A stretch of DNA of 64,000 nt. It comes from Nymphaea colorata. Taxonomy: Eukaryota. Positions 11,440 through 24,231 of this stretch are shown here, piece by piece (positions within the stretch are counted from its first letter, which is position 1; every line of letters begins with the position of its first letter). The DNA is taken from NCBI RefSeq assembly GCF_008831285.2, contig NC_045138.2, forward strand, positions 9,548,001 through 9,612,000. Direction: 5' to 3'. A program made the position numbers and the translations under genes. The notes under the pieces are model-generated. The model ran no database searches and was not told where the DNA came from. It saw nothing but the letters and a program-made list of their open reading frames with translations.

Positions 11440-14359
11440 GCGGCCACGAGCCCAGTTGACCCCCAGCTTGGTCAGACTCTACTCCTATTTTGCATGAGCT
11501 CTCGAATCAAGTTACATAATGTTAACTTGAGCTCGGCTCGATGAAGCATGTTAGAGCTTAAACTCGAGCTCGATTTCATTTAACTCGTTTAGGCATGTTG
11601 TAGTGCAGCAATAAAAGAAAGAAGATTGCAGTGTGCTTGTTGTCGCAGTGGTGCTATCGAGGGAGATGACACTAGTGGGGGAAGGGTTAGCTGATTTGTA
11701 AAAGAAGTGCTGCTATCCAGGGAGATACACTAGTGGGGAAGGGTTAGCTGATTTGTAAAAGAAGATGAATCACTTTATGAAAAATGAGAAATTTGAAATC
11801 ATGAAACCCCAATGAGAAATCTCAAATTTTATGGGAAACCTGAATTTCATCTAAAACTCTTGCTCAACGAGCGAAGGTTTTGAAACCCTCGCACGCCGAG
11901 CAAGGGTTTCATCTGAGAAATCTGAAACCCTCACTGGTTGAGCGTGGGTTTCATTCATTTGCTAAGACCTGCAACTTTCAAAACCTTCACTCTTTCATTC
12001 ATATGCTGAAACCTTCACTCTTGTTCACTGGAGAGCGAGGGCTTTGAAACCATCGCTCTCTCCCTGGAGCGAGGGAACAAGTGAGGGTTCCTTTGCTCCA
12101 GCGAGCGATGGAACAAACCCTCTCTCGGGTTTCAGGACTCTTGCTTGGGTGAGCAAGTGAGTTCTTTTTAGAGTTTGAGAGGGAGGGAGGGAGAGAGAGA
12201 GAGAGAGAGGTAGCTTGGCTATGCAGCAATAGACAAAGTAGCAAAAGACGATGTCTCCCATTTGGATGATGTTGAACATGAAAAGTGAGGAGAGAAAACA
12301 GATGTTGAACATGAAGAGTGAGGAGAGAAAACAGGCGTGATGAAATTAGAAGTAAACCCAAAGAAATGAAATAAATAGTCACTAAAGTTACTATTCATTT
12401 TTTATTGAACAGAGTCAAATCGAGTCGAGCTTAAAAATTCTAGTTCAGTAGACTTGAACTTGGCCTACTGAGGGTCAGGCCCTCAACTTTTATTGATAGG
12501 GAATGAAATATTTACAGCAAAAAAAAAATTATAGGATCCCAAGAAGGAGTTGAGACTCATTAAACATTTGCATCTGCAACAACATCTCAATTTGTTGGGA
12601 GGTCCTTCCACTCTTGAAAGTGGTTACTTTCATCTGCCAAGAAAAAAAGACCAACTGTGGCACTTGCTAGGAACATGTTGTCAATTTGTAAAGATTCAAG
12701 ATTATGTCCAATCATGCTGTATTTTTCAATCAACCTAGGGTATCTTCTAATAGCTCTATTGATCCATTGCAGCCATCGCTTTTTGTTGGTTTGGAGAACT
12801 ATCAGCTTATGCGCTTGAGTGACTTCCTCTAAACAAAAATTCAACAGCCAAGTTTTACCCATAAAGGTTGAAGGCTTGGACCACTTGACTACAACAAGGG
12901 GAATGGAGTCATTTTCCAATTTAACCATAGCAGCTAACCCCATAGTGTTGTTCCTCTCCCACGTGACAATCTGGATTATCGCCCGGTTGTCCCTCTTCTG
13001 GCTCCAACCTTCCATCCATATTACTGTAAGTGATCATATTCTCAGGCATTTCATATAGTAACTATACATGCACCGCTCCCATACCCATTTTCAACAGATT
13101 CTCTAATTTTTTGGGTGTCATGCCTCAATTGATTTCTCAGTTGCCACACACACCAAACCAAAATGTGGAATCTGCATTTACATAAAAACTTGTAACCTAT
13201 TCTCTTCTACCCCCAAGCCTTAAAGGCATCTTTAGTGGATCCTCTAGGGAGAGGCCATGAGCTACATTGGGAAGCCAAAACCTTTCACACACTCTTCACC
13301 ACTTTGCAACCAGTAATCAAATCGATGATTGATTCCCCTACAGTTTGACAGAGGGAACACATGGATACCAAATAAATTCCTTTCTTCTGCAAATTGTCAT
13401 CTGTTAGCAACTTCTCTTCGCATGCTAGGTATAGTGACCAGGATGCTCTTGGAGGCCTAAACCCGACCCAAATATTCTTCCTCCAATGTTCAACCTAACC
13501 TTTGGACCGTAGATATTGCCATATTTCATGCCTAGAAATAACGACATTTCCTTGCCCTTTCCAAACAATCTCGTTTGCATCTTCTTCAACCAAAGATGCA
13601 AGGGAAGGAAGGCGTGTGTCAGGAAACATACGCTATATTAGAGCTTCCACCTGATTGTTCGATGAGGTCACCATTTGGTAGATCGTAACATTAGGCTGGG
13701 CCACTTGCATGTTCACCTCTAGTAAATGAGGACTTCTATTAAGTGAGCATTCCAACCATTGGCCTTTTCAAAACTTAACTGTGTTTCACTCTTAACTTTC
13801 CAGATAACATCCTCCCTAATGAGTTTCCTTGCTCTAAATATACCCTTCCAACAATTAGATACACAGTGTTGTTGTTTGATGTTCCATAAACTAGAGTTAT
13901 GAAGATACTTACCCCTGACATAAGTATCCCATGTCGAATCTGCGGAAAACGCTTGAACCGCCATGAATGCTAAGGTCGCATAATTGACTTTCCTAAGACA
14001 TCTAACACCCAAATCACCTTCAGATTTCGGAAGGCAAGCTTTGGACCACAAGATTAGATGGAAGCGTCTCTTCTGAACATTATTTCTCCACATAAATTTG
14101 GAACATAAGCATTCAATCTGTTTGATAGTGCTACTAGGTAATTGGAAAACCATACTCCAGGAATTGGGAATCGTAGACAATACACTTTTAACAAGGCACA
14201 ATCGACCCGATAAGTTTTTTTGTTTCCAATCAACTAGCTTGCTTTCCATCTTAATGAGCAACACATGACACTAAAACAAATGAATTGAAAAAATCAGCGG
14301 CTCGTTTATGAAAATAGCCGGCTCGAACTCGATCATGAAGGAGCTGGTTGTTCACCCTA
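11440..14359. mobile_element. Non-autonomous hAT-like element (GAGCTCG-repeat family) interrupted by a LINE; left TIR eroded
   Basis: GAGCTCG/CTCGA subterminal motifs; right end TGTTCACCCTA at 14359. The sequence on either side of the LINE (CTTGAACTTGGCCTA|AAACAAATGAATTG) joins to match the related copy near 40522-40550. Confidence 0.6.
12468..14270 (-). mobile_element. 5'-truncated L1-type LINE (ORF2 C-terminal region, zf-RVT, RNase H-like)
   Basis: ORF 13719-14264: GRLCLVKSVLSTIP...WSKACLPKSEGDLGVR. RNase H-like VKLENDS in 12587-13015. AATAAA near the 3' end (~12490); CTA present on both flanks. Confidence 0.85.
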
Positions 14360-15704
14360 CATGCCGGCTAATGATGGAAAAATTGAAGCACAAGCTGACT
14401 CTCTCTCTCTCTCTCTCCCTCTCCACCTAACGGCAACGACAACTGAATTCTCTTTTTCCAAAATTTTCACTTAAAAGCCTGCAAACTTTTCTCATATGTT
14501 GAAAAGCCTCTGAAGGCTATGTTTGGTTTGTCTCGATCTTAAGTTCAAGGTGATTTCACATCTTCGGATTTTAGATACCAACTTTAGATTTTTAGATATG
14601 CAGTTCTGGAAAACCTTGTTACAAGTGAGTTCAGGTTGTGGTGGCTTAAGTGCTTGCCGTTCAGAGGGAGGGAAATTAGAGGAATAAGGGATAACCCTTG
14701 TCACATATATCACAATATTTTTTAAAATTTCGCAATATTTTCTTGAGATTTTAGAGGGAGGGCAATCAAAGGGAACAAGCACCAAGCTGCCAAAAGTGGC
14801 TCCCAAGTGAATAAGCCATGGTAGTTCTCTCTATGTGGCTGAAAAAATAGTGCTTCAAAAGCCTTTCAGCTGAAAGAATAGCTTCTAAGCTTTATCTTCC
14901 CGGCCGAAATTATGGGCTTCATTCAAGGCTTTTAACCTTTGGGTCAATCCTACTAAATGGTTGAGAGATAGCCACACACACAAAGAACTACTTGATCTTG
15001 GTCTTTTTAACGACTTCTACAAATGGCGTCACAGTATAACTTATCTTAAATCTATGATTCAGGGTTATCAAACTACCCATTAAAGTTCAGCAATTCCAAC
15101 TTTTTTGACACAGCATCCTCTTTTGTTTTTTTTTTGATGAAAACTCTTGAACAAAGCTCCAACTCAAACCATGTCTGTTAAAAGTTGTAAACCTTGAAAA
15201 TTGATGTTCTGTATATTTCATTCTAAGTTGATATTCTGGAAAAAAGCTTCATCTTCTTTCCTTTAGTTTGACTCGTATTTTAAGCGACAACAAGGACAAT
15301 TACAAGAAAGGAAGATCAAACATCAAATGGAAGATGATGAATCATTCTCAGAATTTGTCTTCTTTCTGCTACTATTTTCTTAAGAGGCTTATCTTGGGTA
15401 TTATAGCTAACATTAAGGTTCGTAACAAAGAAACTGTTTTCATGGCGGCAAGGCTCTTGGCGATAGGTAAACAGAGATCGAAGGGACGAGATCAGCATCC
15501 ATGGTAGCCTTAACGTGCCCACGACCTAACATGTCCTCATGTGAAGGGACCCACTTGGGGGAGGACATATGCCATGTCCTTGGCCAACCTGATATGAAGT
15601 ATTGAAAAACGAGGAGTAATATCCCATTAAAAAAAATTTGTCATTGTGTATTGAAGCACGTTGATTTTTTTTTTTTAAAAGCAATTAAACATGCACTGAT
15701 ACTG

Positions 15705-18356
15705 TTTCCTCTCTCTCTCTCTCTCTCTGGACTACTGATGCACAACCTTCCATCGTGTGATACTAGAGGCAGCGTGAGTGTTTTCCCTCTGCGATCAATA
15801 GAGTACACTGCAATAGATAACAACTGGAACAACCGGTGAAGCCTCCACTGTTACAGTCTAAGGATGCCAATGAGTGCGAGGAGCATCTGGTACGGATTCG
15901 AAAGCAAGAAGTGCAACAACAACATCTAGGTCCCTGCTGCAGAGGATTTCAATGTATGCTCTGTTCAGAAGTCGAAGGGCTAACACACTGCATTCCTGCA
16001 GGTGGTGGAGTGCCAAGAGGAAGAAGCCTAATATTGGTGTAAGGAACTGGTAGACCAGCCGGGAAAGCCCCTACGGCCAAATATTGTGGATGCATTGGAG
16101 GGAACAGGGCAACCAAAGGGTGCTACTGACTCAAAGAGAAAGAGTCACGAGATGGGGTCAGTCGAACAACAATTGTCGGACTGAGTGGAGAGGTTTTAGC
16201 TCTGGACCTAGCACCCGCAGTTGACTCTGAAAGCAGCCCTGATGGGCCTCTCTCTTTCTCCCATGAAGCGGAAAAAGGTCTAATACAGGAAGGAAGACCA
16301 GAAAACTTGAGTTGGTCTCCTGAGACGTTGAAGCATGAAGGTCCAAAATTGGTGCTTTAAATGACGGCACGTCACCACAGAGTAGAGGAGGTGTCCCATG
16401 GGTCTTGGAAAAAAACCGAGATGATGCTGACAAATTGAAAAGCGAGGATTTTGATGTGGCTAAAGATACGCTTTCTGAGCTCATGGCTTTATGTTCAGAT
16501 TCAGGAAATGATCTACCTTCTTGCTTAAGCGTGACATAGGAAAACACTTGTTGGAATGCCTTGGTGACGAAGAGCTTGTAAATCGTGTATTTGCAGCCAA
16601 ACTATTCTCACAGCTTGATCCTACTTCTGTTCTGCCTACTTTGCCGAAATACATCTATTGTCATGATAAGCGAGTCCAATCCACTGCTAGTGATGTTGTG
16701 GTTACATTACTGAAATGTCGGAAAGACAAACTTGATGCAATATCTGCAGTTCGTGACTGCCTTGGAGATTTTAGTCGCAGTTCAAATGCCTCAAAAGTTT
16801 CAGCGCAAGCAGTAGAAACTATAACCTCAGATGTTCTTCCTTTATGGTCAGTATCAAGAGAGGACATTGATTTGGTCCTTTGATTGACACCCAAGTGGTT
16901 TGTAAGTGTTAGATCATAACACATTGTCAAAGCTCAGCATAATATTGAATGGGTGATGTCAGGTCAAAGATGCTGATAAGTTGTTGTTTGGGTTTTTTCA
17001 CCAAATTGGCAAAAATAAATCACCACTGCTTTCCACCAACAAAAGAATTGAGGCAGAAGGTAAAATTGAGGCACACTTTGTTTGCTGTGTGTAGTGTGCC
17101 CAGAATTCCAATAGGCAATGCAGGTGCAGCAAGTTTCAGAACAAGCCGCAACCAATAGGCTTAGGAAGTCGGCATATGTTCTATAGGAGCTAAGAAACCC
17201 ACTTAATGGGATAATGTTTACTCATCAACTGAAGAAGGATTCAACTTTAAACAAAAAGCAAAACCAACTTCTCATGACGAATGTGCTCGGTCAACAACGG
17301 TTGGCTAACATCTCATATGACATGGATTTCAAAAGCATAAATGAGTGCTATCTAGAGTTAAACACAGGAAATTTTAACTTGAAAGTGGTTATAGTAGCAA
17401 TTACAAGGTCAGATAATGACCTACAACGCTCCATTGATAAGAATGTTGGTGCAAGACTTGCTCAGTAATTCCGTCAGACTGGATATCACGGAAGCTCCGG
17501 GATCACCCGCATCAGAGTACTCCCCACTCAACTCTTGAGCTGGACATTTGTTTTACATCAATCTTTTCTACGGCAGTCATTTCCATGGACACACCTTGAG
17601 GGCTAGTGTTTTTCAAGGAGTATTGTTAGTAACGGTCAGGTGATTGGGATCGGATCCAATTTGGGTCAGACCCAAATAAGGATATAAATAGGTCGAAGGT
17701 CTTAGTAAGGAGGCGAAGGCAGACTGCGGCCCCCAAGATTACCATGTATTGGTAAAACCTCATCCCTCATGGCTTGTGCTGATGATAACGGGGATCAAAC
17801 AGAATCCGCTTCAAGCCTCAAAAGTTGTCTCAGCACCCTTGAAGCAGCTTCCGGTCTTGTTGCTAATACAGAGAAATCGGTCATTATTCCCTTATTTGGA
17901 AGTGCCACTTTTCACAGGTTCATTGGATATGGCTGGGTGTCAACCCTTGAAAGATAAAGTGTCCGAGGAAATCACCGCAAGAAAGCAGTTAATCTTTCTT
18001 ATGAAGGTAGATTTACACTTCTTAAGTATGTGCTAACTGCTAAGCCATATGATTGACTATTGGGGTGCTATATTCATCATTCCTAGAAAAGCATGTGAAC
18101 ATATCAGAAAGTTGATGAGCAACTTCCTATGAGGAGGGTCTGTGAGGAAAGGCTCTTCCCACTGTATTGCTTGGGATCAAATTTGCCTTCCACAAGAGTT
18201 GGGAGGAAAGGGCCATGTAGACTTTGTTGAGTCCAACATAGCTAAGGTGGCAAATCTATCTCTTCAAGTGATGAGAGCGGATAAACCTTGGGCCAAGCGG
18301 ATTAGAAGATACATCAAGTGGCAGAGCCTATGGATGTTGAATCCCATCGAAAAGGG
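15705..18356 (+). mobile_element. Degenerate L1-type LINE, chimeric with a host-gene fragment (boundaries approximate)
   Basis: CT-rich start. RT ADD motif and SGLVANTEKS at 17769-17957; IAWDQICLPQELGG...PWAKRIR at 18142-18350; KAQHNIEWVMSG...FFHQ remnant near 16930-17010. Confidence 0.6.
16420..16870 (+). pseudogene. Intronless fragment of a plant ARM/HEAT-repeat protein (At3g57570-like)
   Basis: LKRDIGKHLLECLGDEELVNRVFAAKLFSQLDPTSVLPTL...KRVQSTASDVVVTLLK resembles that family from recall; helical-repeat pattern; not TE-like. Confidence 0.55.
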
Positions 18357-18815
18357 TTTGGGGTATTACAATCCACCTCCTTAAGGTACACGCATTCGTG
18401 CTTGTGGGACCTTAGATTCCAGTGTTGAACCGGCTCTGATACCACTATAACAACCCGATCTATTTCTGCCTTAAGACACATGTGTGTGCACGTGTGAGAC
18501 CCTAAATCTGAGTGTTGAACCAACTTTGATACCACTGTAACAACCCGACCCATTTCAGCCTTAAGACACACGCGTTCGCCCATGTGGAATCCTAGATCCG
18601 AGTGTTGAACCGGCTCTTATGCCACTGTAACAACCCAATCCATTTCTGGGTTCAGGCCCTTGAGTCGGTGGATGTCAACTAGCCCTTTAGCAGTTTTGGC
18701 TCCAATATCAAAAAGGCTAAGAACCAGAACAATCATCTACTTAATAACCTCCTTTATAAGCTCTTGAAGATCTCTTACAATGTTCAATATAATACTAAAT
18801 TTATCGGGTGTTACA
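18357..18815 (-). mobile_element. TRIM with a 190-bp LTR, triplicated PBS/internal unit and truncated second LTR
   Basis: LTR 18626-18815 bounded by TGTAACA...TGTTACA. tRNA-iMet PBS copies at 18433-18444, 18523-18534 and 18613-18624 (90-bp period). PPT AAGGAGGTGG at 18373-18382, followed by TGTAATACCC. Confidence 0.85.
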
Positions 18816-21800
18816 ACTTAAAAAAGTGGGCAGAGAAGAAATTCCAGACACGAGCTGCCTACCCTTGATTTTTGTTGTACTTCTATAGCTTGGTTTCGAT
18901 TGTTTATATCTCTGCTACCATCGTTTGTTATTTCTTCGTGGAACTTTCTCACCTACAATGGAAAAGAGTCTTAAATCAGAGCTCAGATGTTGGATTATGA
19001 CCATGAGCCACATCCAAACTATATGCACGTAACAGGTAAGAGAGCTTGCTCATCAATTATGTGAGTCATTACAGAATTCAATAATGAAAATATAAGGAAC
19101 ATTAATCTCCTTACTACCAAACTGTGCTTTTCCGGGAAACTAAAGGGTGCATACAAGGAGATGCGTAAGAACGGGTGTATACTAAGGGCTGCATACTACA
19201 TAATATGTGATAAGGGGTCTGTTCCAACACCTCTAGGAAAAAAAGATTCATTTTCATATCAATTGTATAATTTGGGTCCCCTCGAAGCAAACCCTAAAAT
19301 CCTAATTTCACCATCTTTTGTTGCTATTTCCTCTCCATCTCCCGCCCTCTTCATATTGCTACTGCAAGCTTCCTGGCAGTTCATCTAGATCCTGAAAAGT
19401 GCTAAACGTTCTAATTTTATGCACCATCTACATTGATCAAGTAGGCCATCTTTCGCCATTTTGCATCCCTTTCTCTTTCAAAAAGAGAGGTGTATTTATA
19501 AATCTATAAGACAACAATTGATTACTATCCATGATACACAAAACAACCATGCATACATTCCACACACCCTGCAAAATAAACACTCTTTCTTGATGTAAAC
19601 ATAACCTCTCTCAAGGTGTCATTTGTTCTCCATGTATTTTGGGGCATCAAAAGCAAGATGATTTGTTCTTGGTATCTTAGACTAAAATTAAATAATATCA
19701 TCTAAGAGTGAGTCTGAATTCTTTGTTCTTACAGTAGGCGAAACAAGATATCATGTTTTACAATTCCCAGAGTATGTAACAACCTTTTTTTTTTATACTA
19801 CGTAAGGAAGATTAAATCCAATAAAATTATCTTCTTGTAGGCCTCCTATCATCAGGGCCCAATCAACATGTAAATAGTAATTTCCATTGACGAGTTGAAT
19901 ATAAAGAAAATCACAGTCTGCAGACTATTTCTAATATCTTAGTATTTTGTTTGACCACATTCACAATGAGTGTAAATAGGAGTGCATGTATTGGCTAGTT
20001 TTATTAATTGCAAAGGAAAGGTCTAACTTGTTCACTATGACATACTTAAAAGCTCCCATTATAAGATCATGAAATTATGACCTAGTGTTGGTCATTCGAT
20101 CTAGAGATGTCACCATGGGAGTAGAAATTTCTTCAGCTCATGTCATTTTAACTTTTTTAAGAAGATCAAAATATATGTTTCTATTGTGAAAGAATAGTCC
20201 CTTCTTTGCTTCTTCTTGCTTCAATGCTTAAGAAACAATGAAGCTCACCCAAGGGTTGACAAAACAACAAATTGATGTGGTTCAAGTTCTACAGGATAAT
20301 TGGCCGAGGGTTCTTTGAAAAACCTAGTGCTTAAATTAGATACTGTTAATTGCACATGGTTGAGGAAATAAGGTTAGGATTTATGATAATAATTGGGTGA
20401 TCAAATAGCAAATCCTTATTTTGACTGGTCTCTTCATAATAAAAACCCCTTGTTTATTTGTCCCTTGAGTGGGAAAGTTGATCCATCAAAAATAACTTAA
20501 AGAGAAATAAGGATCTGATCCTTGAGCTTATGCAATAATAATCCTTGTGTTGTGGACATAGCTAAGAAAAACAGATTTGGCAGGATTAAAATCCAATTTG
20601 TATTTTGCTAACGCAGTACTAAATGCACAAGTCTAGAACCTTGCGGAATATAGCTTTAGTAGAAGAGTCAAGCCTATTTCACATGCTTGATGCAACTTTT
20701 AATAGCCCCATTCTGTTCAGGGGTGTGAGGATAAGAAACTATATGCAGACCACTCTACCATGTATGATCTTAAACCTTGGAATTGTCCATCTCACTTGGA
20801 GTCTAAGAATTTTAGTTTGTGGCCTATAATTTTTTTCAGCAAAGGCTTTAAACGCCAGAAATACTTGATAGAGGTCTACTTTATTTTTCAGCAAGTATGT
20901 CTAAATACACTTTGAAAAAGCATTAACAAATATAATGAAATATCTATTGTCCAAATCCGTTGGCGCTAATGATAAGGGTTGGTCGCCAACCATCAGAAGA
21001 TACTATCTCAAGAGGAATTTTATCTTTTAAGGTTTGAGAAGGCAATTTAATGACTTCCCCCTCTTTATGCTTCATATCAGGAATTTCTAGATAGCTTATA
21101 TTAGGGGCTTATTATTCATATATTTAGTGGACTCACAAATTTATCGATTTTTACTTCTTTCAAATTTTCATTCCCCATTTTCAGAGAACTTAGCTTTACA
21201 AGAGTACGAGATCTTGTGGATGTCTAGTACTTTGATAAATTGAAATATCTGCAAGTGCAGTAGCCTTAGAAATGCCCTAAAGGGACAGAAATTAGCATGC
21301 GTGTTTTTAGAAAAAACACCTCCATGTTAGTTCTTCTTGCATCTTTCAAGTTGATTGTTACCCTTTGGACACAATATTGGCTGCACTGACTTGGACATTC
21401 TTTCATGAGTTAATCATTTTAAATGTTTAATAATGATTTCCATTTGTTGAATCTAAAATCCTTCTAAATTTATAGGTTATAAGATCTTATTATACAACTA
21501 AATGAAAAGTTACACAAACAAAGGCCTAGGTTTTCCCTGATGCAGATAATATCATCACATTTTAAATTTTGAATAAGATTTAAAAGATTAATTTTGAAGG
21601 CTTGATTCCCAAATATATAGTTACAATATAGCAGTTCATCCCAATCATAATGTAAACCATCAACCTTATCGTTTCACCCAAAGTACATAAACACATGCCA
21701 TAAATACATTTTCTCACAAAAGGAAAAAAAATGCATTTATAGTCATCACCAGTATATATACTTTTTCAAAATATTACTAAGAATTAGCATTAGCAACAAA

Positions 21801-22419
21801 CATATTGGACCCTCACTTACTAATAAAAGAGAGAACCTTTGAAGTGCTATCCAAAGCTGGAACAGGGAAGCATATCCTTGACATTATTCATCATTGGCAT
21901 GGGAAAAAGGGGAAACTATCTCTGTTGTGATAAATCTACGAGGGGATAATTTGCTTGATCATCACCAAAATGAGGGTTCTTTGCCATTTCGAGACATCAC
22001 AAGAACAACCAGACAGAGGAAAGAAGTGAATCATGAACTATAATAACACAAAAAAAGGGACAAAAATAAAAAGAGGGGGATTCGAACTTCAGGGATAAAA
22101 TGCATAAGGTGCAAACAAACAAGAGTAGCATTCGTAGCAAACGATTGCATGTAGCATTCGTAGCATACGATTGCATGACTGTTATCCCTTCAATGAATGA
22201 AAATTATGGAAACCAAAGCTTTCAACACAAAAAAAAAATTCTAGCACGAAAATTAAGCCAAACTTTTTTCTAAATGATGCCCTGAGCCTAGGCATCCTAG
22301 GATGTGTGTGTGTCTGTCTGTCTGTCAGCACTCTCTCTCTCCTACCCCCCCCCCCCCCCCCCCCCCCCCCCAATTTTTTTTTATGAGGATAATCCTAAGT
22401 GCGCAACCTTTGCATGACA

Positions 22420-22667
22420 AAAACTTGGGCCCGACGGGCTGACTTGGGGCAAAATATGAAAAACACTTATAATAGTAATACTTATTTTTTTTCATGTTCT
22501 TTATTTTTTGTTTTTTTTTAAAAACGCATTTTTTTCAAGGCCCGAGCCCGGCAAAACGGGCCGGGTTGGGCTTTGGTATGGTGGACCTGGCCCGGTACCC
22601 GGCCCGGCCCATCAATATTATCGGGCCTGGGTCTAAACGGGTCGGGCCGGCCCTATACCCACCCCTA
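22420..22667. mobile_element. Right end of a GGCCCG-repeat hAT-like non-autonomous element
   Basis: Dense GGGCC/GGCCCG repeats ending in TATACCCACCCCTA; left end not resolved. Confidence 0.45.
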
Positions 22668-24231
22668 GTGTGGAGTCATCAATAATCTTCATCACCGTCT
22701 CAATTGACAGTTGATTGGTCTTGAACACTCACATCGTTTCACTTTTGCTTTTAAAAGGAGTTTCCTCTTTTGTCAATGGGGGCACTTTTGTCTTTTGAAT
22801 CCAAACTCACACTTTGTTGGAGGCCCATACATATAACCAGCTTCCTGTTTCAATGGTGCAATAAAATACTTATTCCACATGGACCCAATATGAAAATTAA
22901 TGGTTTGGTCAAGCTATGAATTCTCTAAAGAGGACAATTCAATATCCAAGCTGAATCCCTTGTGAATTGGTAAAAAAATATAAAAATTATTGAAATATAA
23001 ATAAAAATATATAAAAATTGAATAGAGACACACTTTCAAAAAATTTAAAATAATTTAAAAATAACCGCTAAGATTTGGTCATAATGTCGAATCATTTTGC
23101 CACTGTTTCGATTATAATATACAGGTTCAAACCAGTTTGATTTCGTTGGTTGGAAAGCGTGAAGCAGTTGAAAATCCTATATTGAAAGCAAAATATTAAT
23201 CATCTTTGACATAAGACCTAGTCCTCAATGTTTTCTCAAATAAAAGAGTTTATGGGTGTGTCCACTAGCTGAGATTTAAGATATGAGGTGATTTTTAATT
23301 ACCTGAGATCTCAGATTCTTGGATCTAAACCGGCTCCGCTCCACTTGGAATTCTGATCTACGTTTTAATTTTAACATATATTGTGTGGATTTCAGACCCA
23401 TGCTGCCGGGATCTCATTTTGTTTAAACAGTATATCTCACATTGTGCGGATTTCAAAGCTGCATCATATATGAGATCTGATGCTATTAAACACTAGCTGT
23501 AGGTTAGACATGCCTCAAACCTAAAGAGTCATGAACTGAATGGGGTTGCATAAGCACTACAATAAAATTATGTGGCCTCTTATATTTATACCAAATTCAA
23601 ACTTCATTAAATTTTATGCTGGTGGAGATTACAATATTCCCAACAAGCTTAAGATTCCAAGTTCAGATCAGCAAGGATTTTGTGGACAGATGTTTTGGTA
23701 AGTTAAAACTGTCAAAACAGGAAAATTCCTGTATGGTTATGCCAAAAGATACGCATTAGGATGGAAAGCTTTGACATTCTCCGAGTTTACATTTATCTCA
23801 TCCTCAATCTCCTACCTCGCACTTAACTATTGAACTTGGACTGGTCTACGGAAAGGAAAAAAAAATGCTTGGCTTTTGAGAAACTAACAGAAAAATGTCT
23901 GTAATTGCAGATTTTACATTTAGACGCTTCATGAAATTAAAATAAATTTGTACGAAACTTCCGCATCTTTTCATCATGCTTGAAATTCAAGCGTCGGTTG
24001 TTAAAAATATGAAATGAACATCCATTTTGTGACTTCAGTCCTACTAGATGGTAAAAAGCAGTGTTCTTTTTCAAGTCAGATTTCTTACAATTAATGGTAA
24101 CACATCGTCCGCAAAAAATGAAAATCCCAGAATACCGTGCCGAGCCCACAGGCCAAGGAAAGAGGAGCAAGGAGGAGGGGTTTGATCCTTCAAATCTTCG
24201 TTCTCGTCGTTTGTTTCTATTTCCTGCGACG

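Noticed and set aside
18379..18648. Regular 90-bp spacing resembling a CRISPR array
   Set aside because: Whole units are homologous, there are no unique spacers, and the conserved core is a retroelement PBS in plant DNA.
22345..22371. C27 homopolymer and the poly-Gly ORF 22182-22373
   Set aside because: Simple repeat with no coding support; length may be unreliable.
23250..23520. Possible Tourist-like MITE rich in GATCT motifs
   Set aside because: TIRs are too degenerate to set boundaries.
24061..24231. In-frame upstream ATGs extending the unknown protein
   Set aside because: Recalled family similarity begins at MLENP; the extension is unsupported without TSS data.
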